Assembly: GCF_018977255.1 (NCBI RefSeq)
Contig: NW_024704742.1
Coordinates: forward strand, 15,750,001 to 15,814,000
Origin: Callorhinchus milii
Lineage: Eukaryota
Length of the DNA stretch: 64,000 nt
Reading direction: 5' to 3'
Below are positions 1 to 11,895 of the stretch, piece by piece; positions within the stretch are counted from its first letter, which is position 1; each line of letters begins with the position of its first letter. Position numbers and translations under genes: made by a program. The notes under the pieces were generated by a model. It made no database searches. It saw nothing but the letters and a program-made list of their open reading frames with translations, and had not been told where the DNA came from.

Positions 1-710
1 TCCTCCACATCCACGCCATGACCAGCGTTGCCTACCACCACCTCCGCAACATTGCCAGACTCCGTCACCGCCTCACCCCTCAGGCTGCCAAAACCCTCAC
101 CCACGCATTCGTCACATCAAGCCTCGATTACGGGAACTCCCTCCTCATCGGCCTTCCCAACTCTTCCCTTCACAAGCTGCAGATAATCCAAAACTCTGCA
201 GCTCGTGTACTCTCACCCACCAGGCTCCGTGACCCCATCACTCCCACCCTTGCCCGACTCCACTGGCTCCCCCTCCCCCTGAGGATCGAGTTCAAGATCC
301 TCTTCCTCACCTTTAAGGCCATCCATGGCCTTGCCCCCTCCTAGCTCTCTGACCTGCTGACTCCCTACCAATCTGCCCGCTCCCTCCATTCGGCTCTGGC
401 CTGCTCCATGTCTCCTGCCCGACCGACCCGCCCTACTATCGGTGGCTGGGCTTTCGGCCTCTCTGCCCCCACACTCTGGAACTCCATCCCACAGTCCCTT
501 CGCCTCGCTTCCTCCCTTGCCTCCTTCAAGGCCGGTCTCAAGACCCTTTTCTTCGAACGTGCCTTCGGTCTCCCTCCCAATTGTCTGCCTTCCCTCACCC
601 CTACACCACCCCTCCCCCATGCTCGGGCCCCGACACCTGACTGTTCAGGGCTTTGGCACGTCCTGCCGACGTGAAAGGCGCTCTATAAATGTATTGTTGT
701 TGATGTTGTA
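1..710 (+). mobile_element. L2 LINE 3' portion (ORF2 C-terminus, 3' UTR, tail), cut by the window edge
   Basis: ORF 18..344 LRNIARLR...HAFVTSSLDYGNSLL...LHWLP...IEFKIL and 408..674 AFGLSAPTLWNSIP...FKAGLKT are typical L2 ORF2 C-terminal motifs; ends in ACGTC-loop-GACGT GAAAGGCGCTCTATAAATG plus (TTG)n. Confidence 0.93.
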
Positions 711-1740
711 ATGTTTGCCGAGCAATGGAATGACAAAAAAGGCCTGGTAGAATGTTAAGGAACATTTGGAAGTGTAGCAGAAATCAATTTGCATCTCTCA
801 CATTTATACTGCACAGGCCAAAGTGCTGCCAAGTCTCTTCCTGAAAGCATTTTTGTTGGACCATGGGGCCCCCACCATAATCTGAGATCATACTGCTGTA
901 TCATCATTTATATTGCTTTCAGTGGCAAATCGTTGGGAAAAGGTCAGTATAACAAAGAAATCAGAAGGCTGAATGCCTGGGCTGTGTTGTGGATGCATCA
1001 AACCTGTCAAACCTGCAGGTAATGGACAAGCAACAGGAATCGTGCCAGTCGGTGTTTGCAACGGCAAGCTGTGTGGGTTTAGCTGGTTAAATTCCAACAA
1101 TAGCTAATGCAAGGTCTGGGGTCCCCAACCCATGGTTCTTGCCAACTTGCGCTTAATATTTTCCAGGATTTAGATAAGCAAGTGTATGACCCTTCAGGGA
1201 GAGAACGCACACTCCATTCCAGCCAGATGGAAATTTCTATGTTTACATGGAACTCAAAGCTGTTTGTCTTCGACGATTTTAAGTTTGGAAGTAGGTTTGG
1301 AAGTGGCCAAAAAAAAATAGTGGATTTTATTTTGTGGTAACTTTCAGGTTCTGAGAACATAAAGGCTTATTCAACATCCATAAGCTGTTCAAACAGAACA
1401 GCAACCTTTAAAAGCCCTTTGATACAACAGCTTTTACATCAGCTTTTCAACTTTACTGATCATTGATTGGATTTAGCTTTATGTTTTAAGGATCAGTGGG
1501 CGAACATGATTTTTACCTCTATTCTGATTGGAGACTGACGGAGAAGTGGGAACAAAAACCTCTTAAGTATCAATGCTTATTATATATAAACTAATCTTGC
1601 TGTTGCAAGAAACGATTTTTCCTCCCAAAACAATGTTTAAAAAAGTATATATAGTGTATTTATTTCACTTTCAAATCTCAGTGCTGTAACTTCCAATGTT
1701 CCAACTTTGGGTTATAGTTGCTATCTTATTGTCGCATTTA

Positions 1741-2063
1741 TAATAATAATAATAATAATAATAATAATCCTTGCATTTGATATAGCGCTTTTCACGTTGG
1801 GAGGACGTCCCAAAGCGCTTCACTGTAAAGTGAATTGACTGTATATTTGTGGGCGAACGCGGCAGCCAATTGCGCACAGCAATGTCCCACAAACAGTCGC
1901 AGATTGAAAATGACCAATTTATTTATTGTTTGGGGTTTTGGAGGGATTATTATTAGGTGTGTGGAGTAAGGAAATTTGCCCAAGGTTTCACCCTGCCTGG
2001 AATTGAACTCAGGTCTCTCGCTTGCAAAGCGAGTGCTCTAACCACTGAGCTACAGGACTCCAC
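1741..2063 (-). mobile_element. Young tRNA-Ala-derived SINE with L2-type tail, full length
   Basis: Minus strand reads GTGGAGTCCTGTAGCTCAGTGGTTAGAGCACTCGC-TTTGCAA-GCGAG...GAGTTCAATTCC (A and B boxes); body closely matches seven other copies in the window; (TAT)n tail. Confidence 0.92.
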
Positions 2064-2319
2064 ATTTAGAAGGTGAACACATGAAAAGTAAAATTTACAT
2101 TCCAGATATTTCAAAATAGATTTAAAACACTTTTTCTGTTCTTTATAACTCTAAGGTTAGATTTAAAGTGATAATCGTGTTTATACTGTCAGCAACTTTA
2201 TCGATCTGTAGCAGGATGGATCATAACAGATGTCATCATACGGACCTTGTGATTCTCATTTGCATGTAAATCTATTGGGACAGAGACTTTCTAGTATTTA
2301 CTCCTGCTCATAAATACAA

Positions 2320-2634
2320 CACTACCACCAACAACAATAACTTGCATTGACATAGCACCCTTTGCGAGGAATAAATCTTAACTGTGGCGGAGTTTGACAC
2401 CGAGCCAGTGAGAAAGGGGAGATGACCCTTGGCACTGTCAAAGAGGAATGTTTTTGGGTGCGATCTGACAATGGGCAAAGATAGGGTCAAAGCAATGCGA
2501 TTGAGGTAGAGAGTTCCAAATTTATAGGGTGTAGTAGGTGAAAGCTGATGGTAGACCAGAGAGGACAAGTGACTTGCAGAGGCCCGGAACCGGCTGAGCA
2601 AAAGCAATGGGTAAAGGAGTGGGGTGTGAGCAGG
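2320..2634 (-). mobile_element. Old L2 3' fragment
   Basis: (CAA)n plus AACTTGCATTGACATAGCACC tail; minus-strand translation contains SHPKTFLFDSA; a second similar fragment lies at about 2965-3055. Confidence 0.7.
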
Positions 2635-2962
2635 TAATAATAATAATAATAATAATCCTTGCATTTTGATATAGCGCTTTTCACGTCTTCTAGACGTCTC
2701 AAAGAGCTTCACAGAATATGCTGTAAAGTGAATTGACCGTATATTTGTGAGAGAAACACGGCAGCTAATTGCGCACAGCAGTGTCCCACAAACAGTCATG
2801 GATTGAAAATGACCAATTTATTATTGTTTTTGTTTTGGAGCTATTATTATTAGGCAGGTGGAATAAGGAAACTTGCCCAAGGTTTCGCCCCCTGCCTGGA
2901 ATTGAACCCAGGTGTCTCGCTTGCAACGTGAGTGCTCCAACCACTGAGCTACTGGACTCCAC
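2635..2962 (-). mobile_element. Young tRNA-Ala SINE, full length
   Basis: Same head, body and tail as 1741-2063; tail loop TAGAA. Confidence 0.92.
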
Positions 2963-3329
2963 ATGGTTCGGGAGTTAAGGAGGTGCTTTTGGCATATTCG
3001 AAGGGGAATGTTTTCAGGTGCGATCTGAGGAAGAGCAAAGAGGGGACAAATCTATGTTTGGGCAAAAAGTGATTTGAAGGTCAACATCACCAAACAATTG
3101 CACTTACAAAGAGCAGATTCTTTCAGGAACACATTGAGGAATGGTGGCATTCAAACCATGAGCGCAACAAAGGGATGCCACCTGCTGGCTTTCCTAATTG
3201 TGTTCTTAAAAATATTTAGGTAGTCGTTTAGGAATGTCACCAATATTAGGTCTTTGTTTCAGGTGTAGGTTTGAGAACAAGGTTTAAATTGTCGAGGTGA
3301 CAGTGCAGCTCATTCATTTCAGAATACTT

Positions 3330-3550
3330 TCAGACACACTAAGAGGACGTAGGTTTAGAGTTCCAAAGGGCAATTTCAAGACAGACATCAGGGAGTTTTT
3401 CTTTCCGAGCATAATTAACAGTTGGAACAGATTCCCAGGAAGGGTGGTTGAGCCCAGGACAGTGGAATTATTTTAAAATAAGCTTGATGCAATGATAGGA
3501 AGAAGATAGGATGGGTATTTTGAAAGGATGAGATCAGAGATCAGACAAAC
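3330..3550 (+). mobile_element. Old CR1 3' fragment
   Basis: ACTAAGAGGACG...GAGTTTTTCTTT...TGGAACAGATTCCCAGGAAGGGTGGTTGAG...AAGCTTGAT, matching the CR1 ORF2 end (TRG..FF..WN.LP..VV..LD). Confidence 0.6.
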
Positions 3551-5074
3551 TAATCTTGTGACTAATTTTACAATAATATTGTGTGAATGTGAGTAACTTA
3601 TTCTTGAGGTCAAATGCCCATATAATATCAAGTAAGTAATGTGTCACATTTATCCAGTGCATCATATGCACACAAGCGCATATGCAATATATCAATATCC
3701 TTGGACCCTTGGACAGAGCTCATTTGATATTTCAGTGCAAAGATCTTGGCAGCAATCTTTGGGTAAATTCCCCCCAAAAAGTAAGATCTTGAGCATTCCT
3801 CTCAGGGATTATCGCCCTCTCTAGACATGTGAACAACCACTACAACTGGAACAAAAGTTTCAAAAATGGCTTTGACCTCTCTTACCGCAGTGCAGCACTG
3901 ATTCCTCTCCCTGTGAAATTACAGTGAGCAATTTGAAAACTTTAAAAAAGGATAGGTAATGGAGCACAAAACACATTTACATTTGCAACATTGCACACAC
4001 TTTCTAAGTGTGAAGAAAAGAACTTCTGTGGTGGATTGCATAGGTCTTCAATTAGATATGAGTGCGCTTTTAGATTCAGTCAACAACAACAACAACTTGC
4101 ATCTATATAGCGCCCCTCACACAGTGTAGCATCCCAGACTGCTTAAGCGTCCCAGTCACCCATTTTGTCATATCCACAATAATGAATTGTGACGTATTTG
4201 AAGACAGAAATCTAACTTGTATCAGAAAACTGGAAATGTTTTAAAACTGTATTGGACACAAAGGGCAGACATTTATGAAACAAACATATTTTGAGCTAAA
4301 GTATTTTTTATAAAGCATTATTAACACTGTGCTGTTTAATAATACAAAAGGTATATTTGAGGTCTTGTCATCAATTTATTAAAGCAATGAAAGTTAATGA
4401 ATTTAATAGGGTAAATGTCATAATAAATAATGAGGGAGAACATCTCTTATATTTTATTAATGAGACCTCAGGGAACTCATTACTGCAATCTCCTGTCCAT
4501 CTGAACTGTTTCCTTAACTGGGTGTGTTAATAGCTTTAATATCTTACTGGATTAAATATGGAAGAGCGTTCATTGCATTTTTAATTTGCTTATTAAATTT
4601 GATCATGCTGTAATATGGCGATCTGTTTAATAATAATGTTCAAACATTGGTCAGTGTGCTGCGCAAAAGCTGATATCCTTCAGTGATCACTGGTAACACT
4701 GAGGAAGATCTGAATGGTTATTGAAGTTATTGCTGAATGTTACCTTATTCTGTGCTTTTTAAAATACCTGTCCATTTTCATCCGGCTCACATGTGTTTCA
4801 TTTGCTGTGTGCCATACAGTGATGACCTGTGGTTGTTTCACCTAAAGACCAAAGACAGCATTGGCAGCAAAAATGTAGCTTAGTCCAATCTGGAGTACAG
4901 CTTGTTCAAACCTAAATTCAGTTTTATTTTGATCAAAGGGATAAGGTGAAAATTTGGGAGGAGTTGATTGAATGAACATCAAGTGATTTTGACATCTAAA
5001 AGGTGTTAGAGTGATGTAATCATTTGGCAACTGCCTGCAAAATTACCCTTGATGCACGCAGTATTTTACAGAGA

Positions 5075-5580
5075 TTTACTACAAATGTACAGCATGGAAA
5101 CAGGCCACTTGGTCCAACCAGTCTGCGCCAGTGTTTATCGTCCACATGAGTCTCCATCCAATCCTTTTTCCCTCCCATATCCTTCTATTCCCCTCTCCTT
5201 CATTTGAAAGTCTAGCTTTCTCTTAAATGCATACCTTTAGTTGCTGTCTTATAATTGTATCCCCTGGTTCTGGACTCCTCAACCAGTTGAAACAGCCTAT
5301 TTTCTATAGGGAATCTCTTGGGGAGTATGTGGAACTCAATTCCCAGCGTTTCCAGCACATTGGGACATCCTCCCAATGTGAAAGGTGCTCTATAAATGTA
5401 ATTGTGTTGTTGTTGTTGATATCCAGTACTTGATTCAACCATCGCTTTAAGCAACGAGTTCCACAATCTCTGCAATAGTTTACTTCTAAACTCTATTTTT
5501 GATCCCTTAGTTGCTGTCTTATAATTGTATCCCCTGGTTCTGGACTCCGCAACCAGTGGAAACAGCCTATTTTCTATAGA
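5075..5580 (-). mobile_element. CR1 3' fragment interrupted at about 5233-5420 by a composite insertion
   Basis: Reverse complement of the CR1 tail seen at 32229-32582 (ACAGCATGGAAACAGGCC...CTTAAATGCAT...GAGTTCCACA...CCCCTGGTTCTGGACTCC). Confidence 0.8.
5340..5420 (+). mobile_element. Isolated L2 3' tail
   Basis: CCAGCACATTGGGACATCCTCCCAATGTGAAAGGTGCTCTATAAATGTAATTGTG(TTG)n. Confidence 0.85.
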
Positions 5581-5589
5581 GAATCTCTT

Positions 5590-5808
5590 GGGGAGTATGT
5601 AGAACTCACTGCCAGAACCATGGTTGCAGAGAAAAGCAAAAATGTATTTAAGAGGAAACTCAATACATACATGAGTGAGAAGGGAATAGAGGAGGATGAG
5701 GTGAAGCTAGTGATGAGGAGATGAGGGGAGGCTCATGTGAAGTATAAACAAAAGCATGGACCAGTTGATTTGAATGGCTTGTTTTGGTTCTGTAATTCTA
5801 TGTAATTT
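5590..5808 (+). mobile_element. CR1 3' fragment, head-to-head with the minus copy
   Basis: Homologous to 32360-32582, ending TTCTGTAATTCTATGTAA. Confidence 0.8.
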
Positions 5809-7576
5809 TACAAAAAAAAGTTGTAATTGTAATTTTATGATCCAGCACAAACAACATCTGAGTTCTTTTAATTCATAGGCTACTATCTACAGTGTCCATC
5901 TGTATTTAATTGGCTGCATCTGGTCTATTTCTGCTCATGCTTCAAGCCATGATAAATAACAATTAGAAATTTGCCATTGACTGCAATTTTGTATTTGGTT
6001 TGAAGTGCACCCAGCTTCCAGCTTTCTACTTCATATTTATGATTCTTCAACTCTTGGACTGTTTCATTGTGGTATGTTATCCTTGGCTAGCCAAAGGGAT
6101 TATTAATATTAATAACATAATAATACTCTAACATGGAAAAAGCAAATAAATGTCCACATCTCGCCCCCCCTCCCCCCAGCGCAAATGACTCTGGTAAACT
6201 ACTGGTAAACAATTGGAACTAGTCACCCTTTAAAAACTAAAGATGGATCCCAGAACCCCCCACCCCCCATACTTCTATGGAACCCTATTCTCCAATTCTC
6301 CTTCTCCACCTCCTCCTCCCGATTTCTGAAGCATCCTGGAATTCTGCTCCTCCCTCTCCATCTTCAAGGAAAACACAAAAAAGCTCTAAGCTATCTAGTC
6401 TTTCCTGGATGGGACATAAACAGTTCAAATTGAATGAGGAGAACTGTAGACCCATCAGGACTCTAACTTGAACTGAAGAGCTCAACTCAAATAGCTACAA
6501 TCACAAGTTTATTTAAAAAAAGGTATCAACTACCATCCTCCTTGAGGTTTGTGGAAGGGAAGCAGGGTCTCCTTGGAGGTGAACTGGATCCAAGATGGTT
6601 TGCTTGTCAATGGAATTCTCTATCCTCCATCACAGTTTCACTCCACGACTTGGAGGGGAGGCTGGTCATTGAAGGATTTTTCCCACTTGGCTCCTGTTAA
6701 CCCTGCAGACCAATGCCCTAAAATGTATGGTGGTCTTAGTTGGACAAGCAGCAGGAAGTTTGCCAGGTAATGTGCTTTGGCACTTTGCTAATCTTAGACA
6801 ATAGAATGGAAATTGCATCAGCTTTTAATATATTTCCTAATGCACTGAATCTCTTAAGAAATATAGCAATTTTCACTCAGTTTTTATGAAGTTTTGTTTT
6901 CATAAACACAGGATCATAACCTCTCCAATTTTTAACTAGGAATGTGTCTCAGAAGTGACTGTAAAACATCATGACAAAAACGTCCTGTGTACATTAATGT
7001 TAACCTTTTGCCCCATTTACCACTCACTGACGTTTTGTTGGAAATTTTTGCTATGAGATTGTAATTCCCACAAGTTTAACATAGTGGAAATTGATTATCG
7101 CACTAAACCATCATTAAACCAGCAAGCCAGTTATTGATGTGTTGGAAAAATGTCAAATTTTAACTACAAGGTAAATCTTCTTTTTAGCCACATATAAAAG
7201 CATACTTTTATACTTCTGTGTTACCCAGTAGTTTGTTAGAAGTATTGTTAAAAATATATATAACCACCAAAAATAGCTTAACTGGTCATTCACCCTATTG
7301 CAGTTTGTGAGTCATTGCTGGTACAGAATAGTTGCCAATCAGCTGCCAAATTTGTTTGAGCAATACTTCAAAGTAATTTTTTCTGTGAAGTAATTTGAGA
7401 TGCTTCAACTTCCTAAACCGTGATGGAAAATAGAAGTTTATCTTGTTTAGTATTTTGTCTGATTAATATGAATCTGGCATCATTCCTACAACTATTGGGG
7501 TTAACTAACATTTACTTTGATATGAATGTGGAGGAATTTTAGGATTTGTGAGCAATGTATGATACAAAAAAAACAT

Positions 7577-7716
7577 GTTAGCCTGGCTTAGTTGATAACA
7601 CTGTCTCCTTTGAGGAAAGGTTGTGTCTCCTATGCGCCACATCGGGACTTTGAAATCGCATAATCTATGATGACACTCCAATGCAGTGTTGGGGCACGCT
7701 ACATCATTGGAGGTGT
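7577..7716 (+). mobile_element. DeuSINE 5' fragment, followed by a minus-strand SINE 3' fragment to about 7802
   Basis: GCCTGGCTTAGTTGATAACACT...TAATCTATGATGACACTCCAATGCAGT matches the head of other copies (15203, 11570). Confidence 0.6.
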
Positions 7717-8807
7717 ATTTTTTGGGAGAATGTGGGCAACGGAATTGCTGTAAACGGAAATAACTGTATTTGTAGGGAAATGCAGCCAAATTGCACAGCA
7801 ATTAACCTATACTATCTCTTTTAGTGTATCAAACATTGGAGTGAAATTTATGACGATCTATCAAATCCAAGGATTGTTATAACATATTGTTTTTCTTATG
7901 GTCATAAGTATTATGAAATGTCACAAATTTCACCTCAATGTTCCTCAGGCCTATTCAAAGCACTATGACAAATGCTACGAATTGCCAGTTTGAGTTTTAG
8001 AAATTTCTGAAACGCCCGAATGAAAAAGAATTAAGGTCAAGTTTCTCCAAACAAAATTGTAAGCATTGCTTACTTGACCTTTGTGTGATCAATTGTTTGA
8101 ACTCATTTGTTTGGACTGGGCCGAAACACACAGATGCTGAACTAGAGATGGATCCCGACATTCAGACTTACTCCTCCATAGAATTTTAAAGGGGAGATTT
8201 CTTATAAACCTACCTTTAACGGCAAGTTTGGGACTAATCAATCCCCACCCTCAACCTTTACACACCTAACTTTTGCACAATGGTTTTACCTTCAGACCTT
8301 TCACTTTCTAAACTGTCAACTTCTAAAAGAGACTCTAAAAGAGTCCATTTAGTCTCATCCTTCCTAATGCTACCATCCTCGCATAACAGCATCAAGCTGT
8401 TTATTAAATGAGTTTAGTGTTCTGGAAATATCCTTCCCACTAATCTTTTCCAGTTGTTAATTACGCCTCTGGGTAAAGAAATATTTCCCGGTGTCTGTCC
8501 TGAAATTGCCCTTTGCAACTTTAAACCTACGTACTCTTGTTCTGCTTTATACTTTGCATATAGTTACACTGTGAAGAATCTGTTATTTTCCTCTCTCTCA
8601 GGACAATCTTTCCAGTTGATTGAAAACAGATTTTCGCATTCACTGAGAACATGGTGCCAGCGACTGAGCATGCAGTAAGCAAGTTTTCCCGAGGGTTTTC
8701 TTCCTGAGTACTGGAGCGGCATTTTAACTTATTTCTTATAACTTATAACTTTTAATCTTATCTAGCAAAGCAGCATAAATTCCTCACTCCTATGGCATTT
8801 TGGACTT

Positions 8808-8880
8808 CAGCACCTTGGGACGTCCTCCCGACGTGAAAGGTGCTCTATAAATGGAATCTTGCTGTTGTTGGTGTTGTTGG
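8808..8880 (+). mobile_element. Isolated young L2 3' tail
   Basis: CAGCACCTTGGGACGTCCTCCCGACGTGAAAGGTGCTCTATAAATGGAATCTTG plus degenerate (TTG)n. Confidence 0.85.
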
Positions 8881-9529
8881 AATAAATGCCGCATATGGAA
8901 TTTTGTTAATTAAGGATCAGAGTGAATTCAGGAATGTTGCAATTCCCCCTTCCCCTATGTTACATTTGTTTTTTTTAATTCTGTTAACTTATCCTGCTTC
9001 AAAAAAATAGATGGTTTGAACACCAGTGATAGTGAATAATGCTTAAATTAATCAAGGAACAAATAGCCGCATTTATTTCTGCCAGAAAAGTTTCCCCATT
9101 TACTTGGAGGCACGTTTTGTCTATTTCATTCAATGAGCGATATACACTGGTAGATTGAAAGCTCTAGGGCACAGCTGAATTATTTACTGCCTCTATTGGC
9201 AGTCAGCTGAACTCCAACTTGTTGTTTTTGGAGCAGCTGAAACACACTGCCTTGACATCTGTCTCCAATTGGCCTACATTCGTACACAACACTCGGGCTC
9301 GGAAGGCCTTTGTAAACAATGATCATTTTGCACTGTGATAAAAGTACTGTGAAAAGAATGCTAAAGAATGTGCTGAACTTGTACCAGCCCATCTACAATA
9401 CAGGAGTGTGCAAATTTGCGGTTAGTTTACTTTTAAGTGTATATGGCATTTTACTTATTATTGTCAATTCAGGACCTGGCAGCAGGCTTGGGGATTTATT
9501 TTTGACTGATAGAAATGTCCAATAATTAT

Positions 9530-9890
9530 AATAAAATAATAATTTGATACATACCACATCATATCAAAATATCTGAAAGTTCTTCACAATGTTCCCTGTC
9601 AAGTGTGATGATTATTTACTTATAGGCAAACATGGCAGTCAAATTGCATACAGCAATGTCTACAGCCATGAAATGATTAGTACTGTATTTGATAAGAGAA
9701 GGGAATTTCTCCCAATGTCCTTACCTACAGTATTACTGTCCAGAGGATTGCTGACCAGTACATTGGGATAAACTCCCTTCTATTTTCAGATAATATCAAG
9801 GGATCTTTAACATCCTCCTGAACAGGCAGATGGGTTCTCAGTTTAACATCTCATGCCTCAGTACTTCATTGAAGTGTCATCCTATCTTGG
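9530..9890 (-). mobile_element. Old Deu-domain SINE
   Basis: GGGATCTTTAACATCCTCCTGAACAGGCAGATGGGTTCTCAGTTTAACATCTCAT is the reverse complement of the Deu core. Confidence 0.7.
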
Positions 9891-10334
9891 CACTCATTTT
9901 GAAATATTTGGTTGGTTCCAATAGTTCCACTGCTTTGCAGTTAGGAGTTTGCAGACTTATTGTCACTGGGGCCACAGTTAAACTGCTGGATGCAAGCGTA
10001 TTAAGAAAGGAAATTATATAGAAGTGTGAATGTTTGCTGTGAAAGAAATCACAGCAAATGAGGAGGCCATGGAGACTAAGCTAGTTACTCTTATTCTATT
10101 TCACTGCTCTTCCCCAGAACCCTTTTATAAACTTCTTCCTTAAATTTTCATCTTTTAATGAAAAGCTCATGTCATTTTCTGGAGCAGACAGTGTCATAGC
10201 CAATCCAACAGGCTAGTAGCTTTAAAGCAAACAGAATGGAGCTGGAAGTTAAAGTCAAAAACTGCAAAAATGCATTCATTTCAAATGCTCCATTCTAAAT
10301 GTAGTCTTCTCTTAGAATATAAAGGTTAGTTGAC

Positions 10335-10649
10335 GTGGAATCCTGTAGCTCAGTGGTTAGAGCACTCACTTTGCAAGCGAGAGACCTGAGTTCAATTCCA
10401 GGCAGGGCGAAACCTTGGGCAAGTTTCCTTACTCCACACGCCTAATAATAATCCCTCCAAAAAAAAACAATAATAAATTGGTCATTTTCAATCCACGACT
10501 GTTTGTGGGCCATTGCTGTGCGCAATTGGCTGCCGCGTTCGCCCACAAATATGCAGTCGATTCACTTTACAGTATATTCTGTGAAGCGCTTTGGGACACC
10601 TAGAAGACGTGAAAAGCGCTATATCAAATGCAAGGATTATTATTATTAT
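10335..10649 (+). mobile_element. Young tRNA-Ala SINE, full length
   Basis: TCCTGTAGCTCAGTGGTTAGAGC...GAGTTCAATTCCAGG head; tail GACGTGAAAAGCGCTATATCAAATGCAAGG(ATT)n. Confidence 0.93.
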
Positions 10650-11569
10650 GATAGACTGAATTTTGATGAAGCTTGAGTACACAAACAATGGCCTTTAAAT
10701 TATATATATACCTATTTAAATTATTTAAATTATATATATACCTATACCTGAATGTTCTTCAGCTAAATAAACAATATCCAGTGTTTCACAAGGAATGTGT
10801 GACAGGTTTGAATTTATCTATCACTAACAGTCTCCTTTAATTATTCTACTGAAACAGCCTTTGTCTCCAGTTTTATTTCAGTGTAAGGGAAGGAAGAGAG
10901 GAAGTGGGGGGGAGGGGTTATGGGTGGGTGGTGGGGGGATGATACAATAGAGACTGAAAGAGTGAGAGAGAAGAAAAAAAGACCAATGATAGAAAATAAC
11001 CAAGTTAGTAATAAAATAAACTCATCTGTCTTGAATGGTTCTGAGCTTCAATAAATGTTTAAAGCTTCCTATGATGACTGACCACAAATAAAAATGCATT
11101 ACTCCAAATGGAGATGCAGCTGCTGATTGCTGCCTGCAGGCACTTATGTATTTCATTTCCCAGCAAATGCGGAAAACTAATGCTGATCAGGCTGCAAGCC
11201 ATTTCACATCAGTTTGCTGTGATTTTCAATCTGCAGCCAACATTAAAAGCAACTGCTTTCTGCAATGAAAGAGTAGCATCAACCATCCTGTTAAATGTAG
11301 ATTTAAAAAAAATACCGCACGATTAAGATGAGAGACACAAGGGGGAAACGTGCAAACATCGACGAGTGGTTCATAACTGGCCTGGGTTATTGGGAAGGCT
11401 GTTGAGATTGGGACACTAGATTTGTTTAAGAAACTATTTGATGTTGTAATGCGAGGATGGTAGCATTGTGATACTCTGGATAGATTGAAATCTAATGGGC
11501 AGAAAAATTCATTAGATCCAATTCTTGATTAACATTACCATACACAGTGCAGCTATGTTATAATTATCA

Positions 11570-11895
11570 TGTGTCAGACTGAATCAGTGGTAACACACTC
11601 ATTTCTGAGTCAGAGGTTTGTGGGTTCAAGCCCAACATCTGGACTTGGAATCACAATTTAAGCTGAATCTCCCCTGCAGAGCTTGGGGAGAGATGCATTG
11701 TCAGAGGTACCGTTCTTCGAATAAGATGTTAAAATGAGGTCCTGTCTGCCTGTGCAGGTGGACACTAACAATCCCATCCAACAATCTCATCCAAAGCAGA
11801 AGGGAGTTTCCCTGGGTTTCTAGGCAAAAATCCCCAAAATAAAATTGGTCACTTATGCCATGACTGTTTAAGATAATCGCTGTCAAGTTTAGTGA
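11570..11895 (+). mobile_element. Deu-domain SINE (SacSINE1/AmnSINE-like)
   Basis: tRNA-like head TCAGTGGTAACAC...CTGAGTCAGAGGTTTGTGGGTTCAAGCCC and Deu core TGTCAGAGGTACCGTTCTTCG...GTTAAA...CTGTCTGCCTGTGCAGGTGGAC. Confidence 0.8.

Noticed and set aside
923..1018. 96-nt AG..GT-bounded open segment (GKSLGKGQYNKEIRRLNAWAVLWMHQTCQTC)
   Set aside because: The peptide is not recognised and the donor abuts a copy of the unclassified repeat; probably chance
9172..9241. CRISPR-like repeat-spacer pattern
   Set aside because: The repeat is only 8 bp with three copies, the context is eukaryotic, and there are no cas genes
10694..10747. Tandem duplication TTTAAATTATATATATACCTAT
   Set aside because: Ordinary AT-rich slippage
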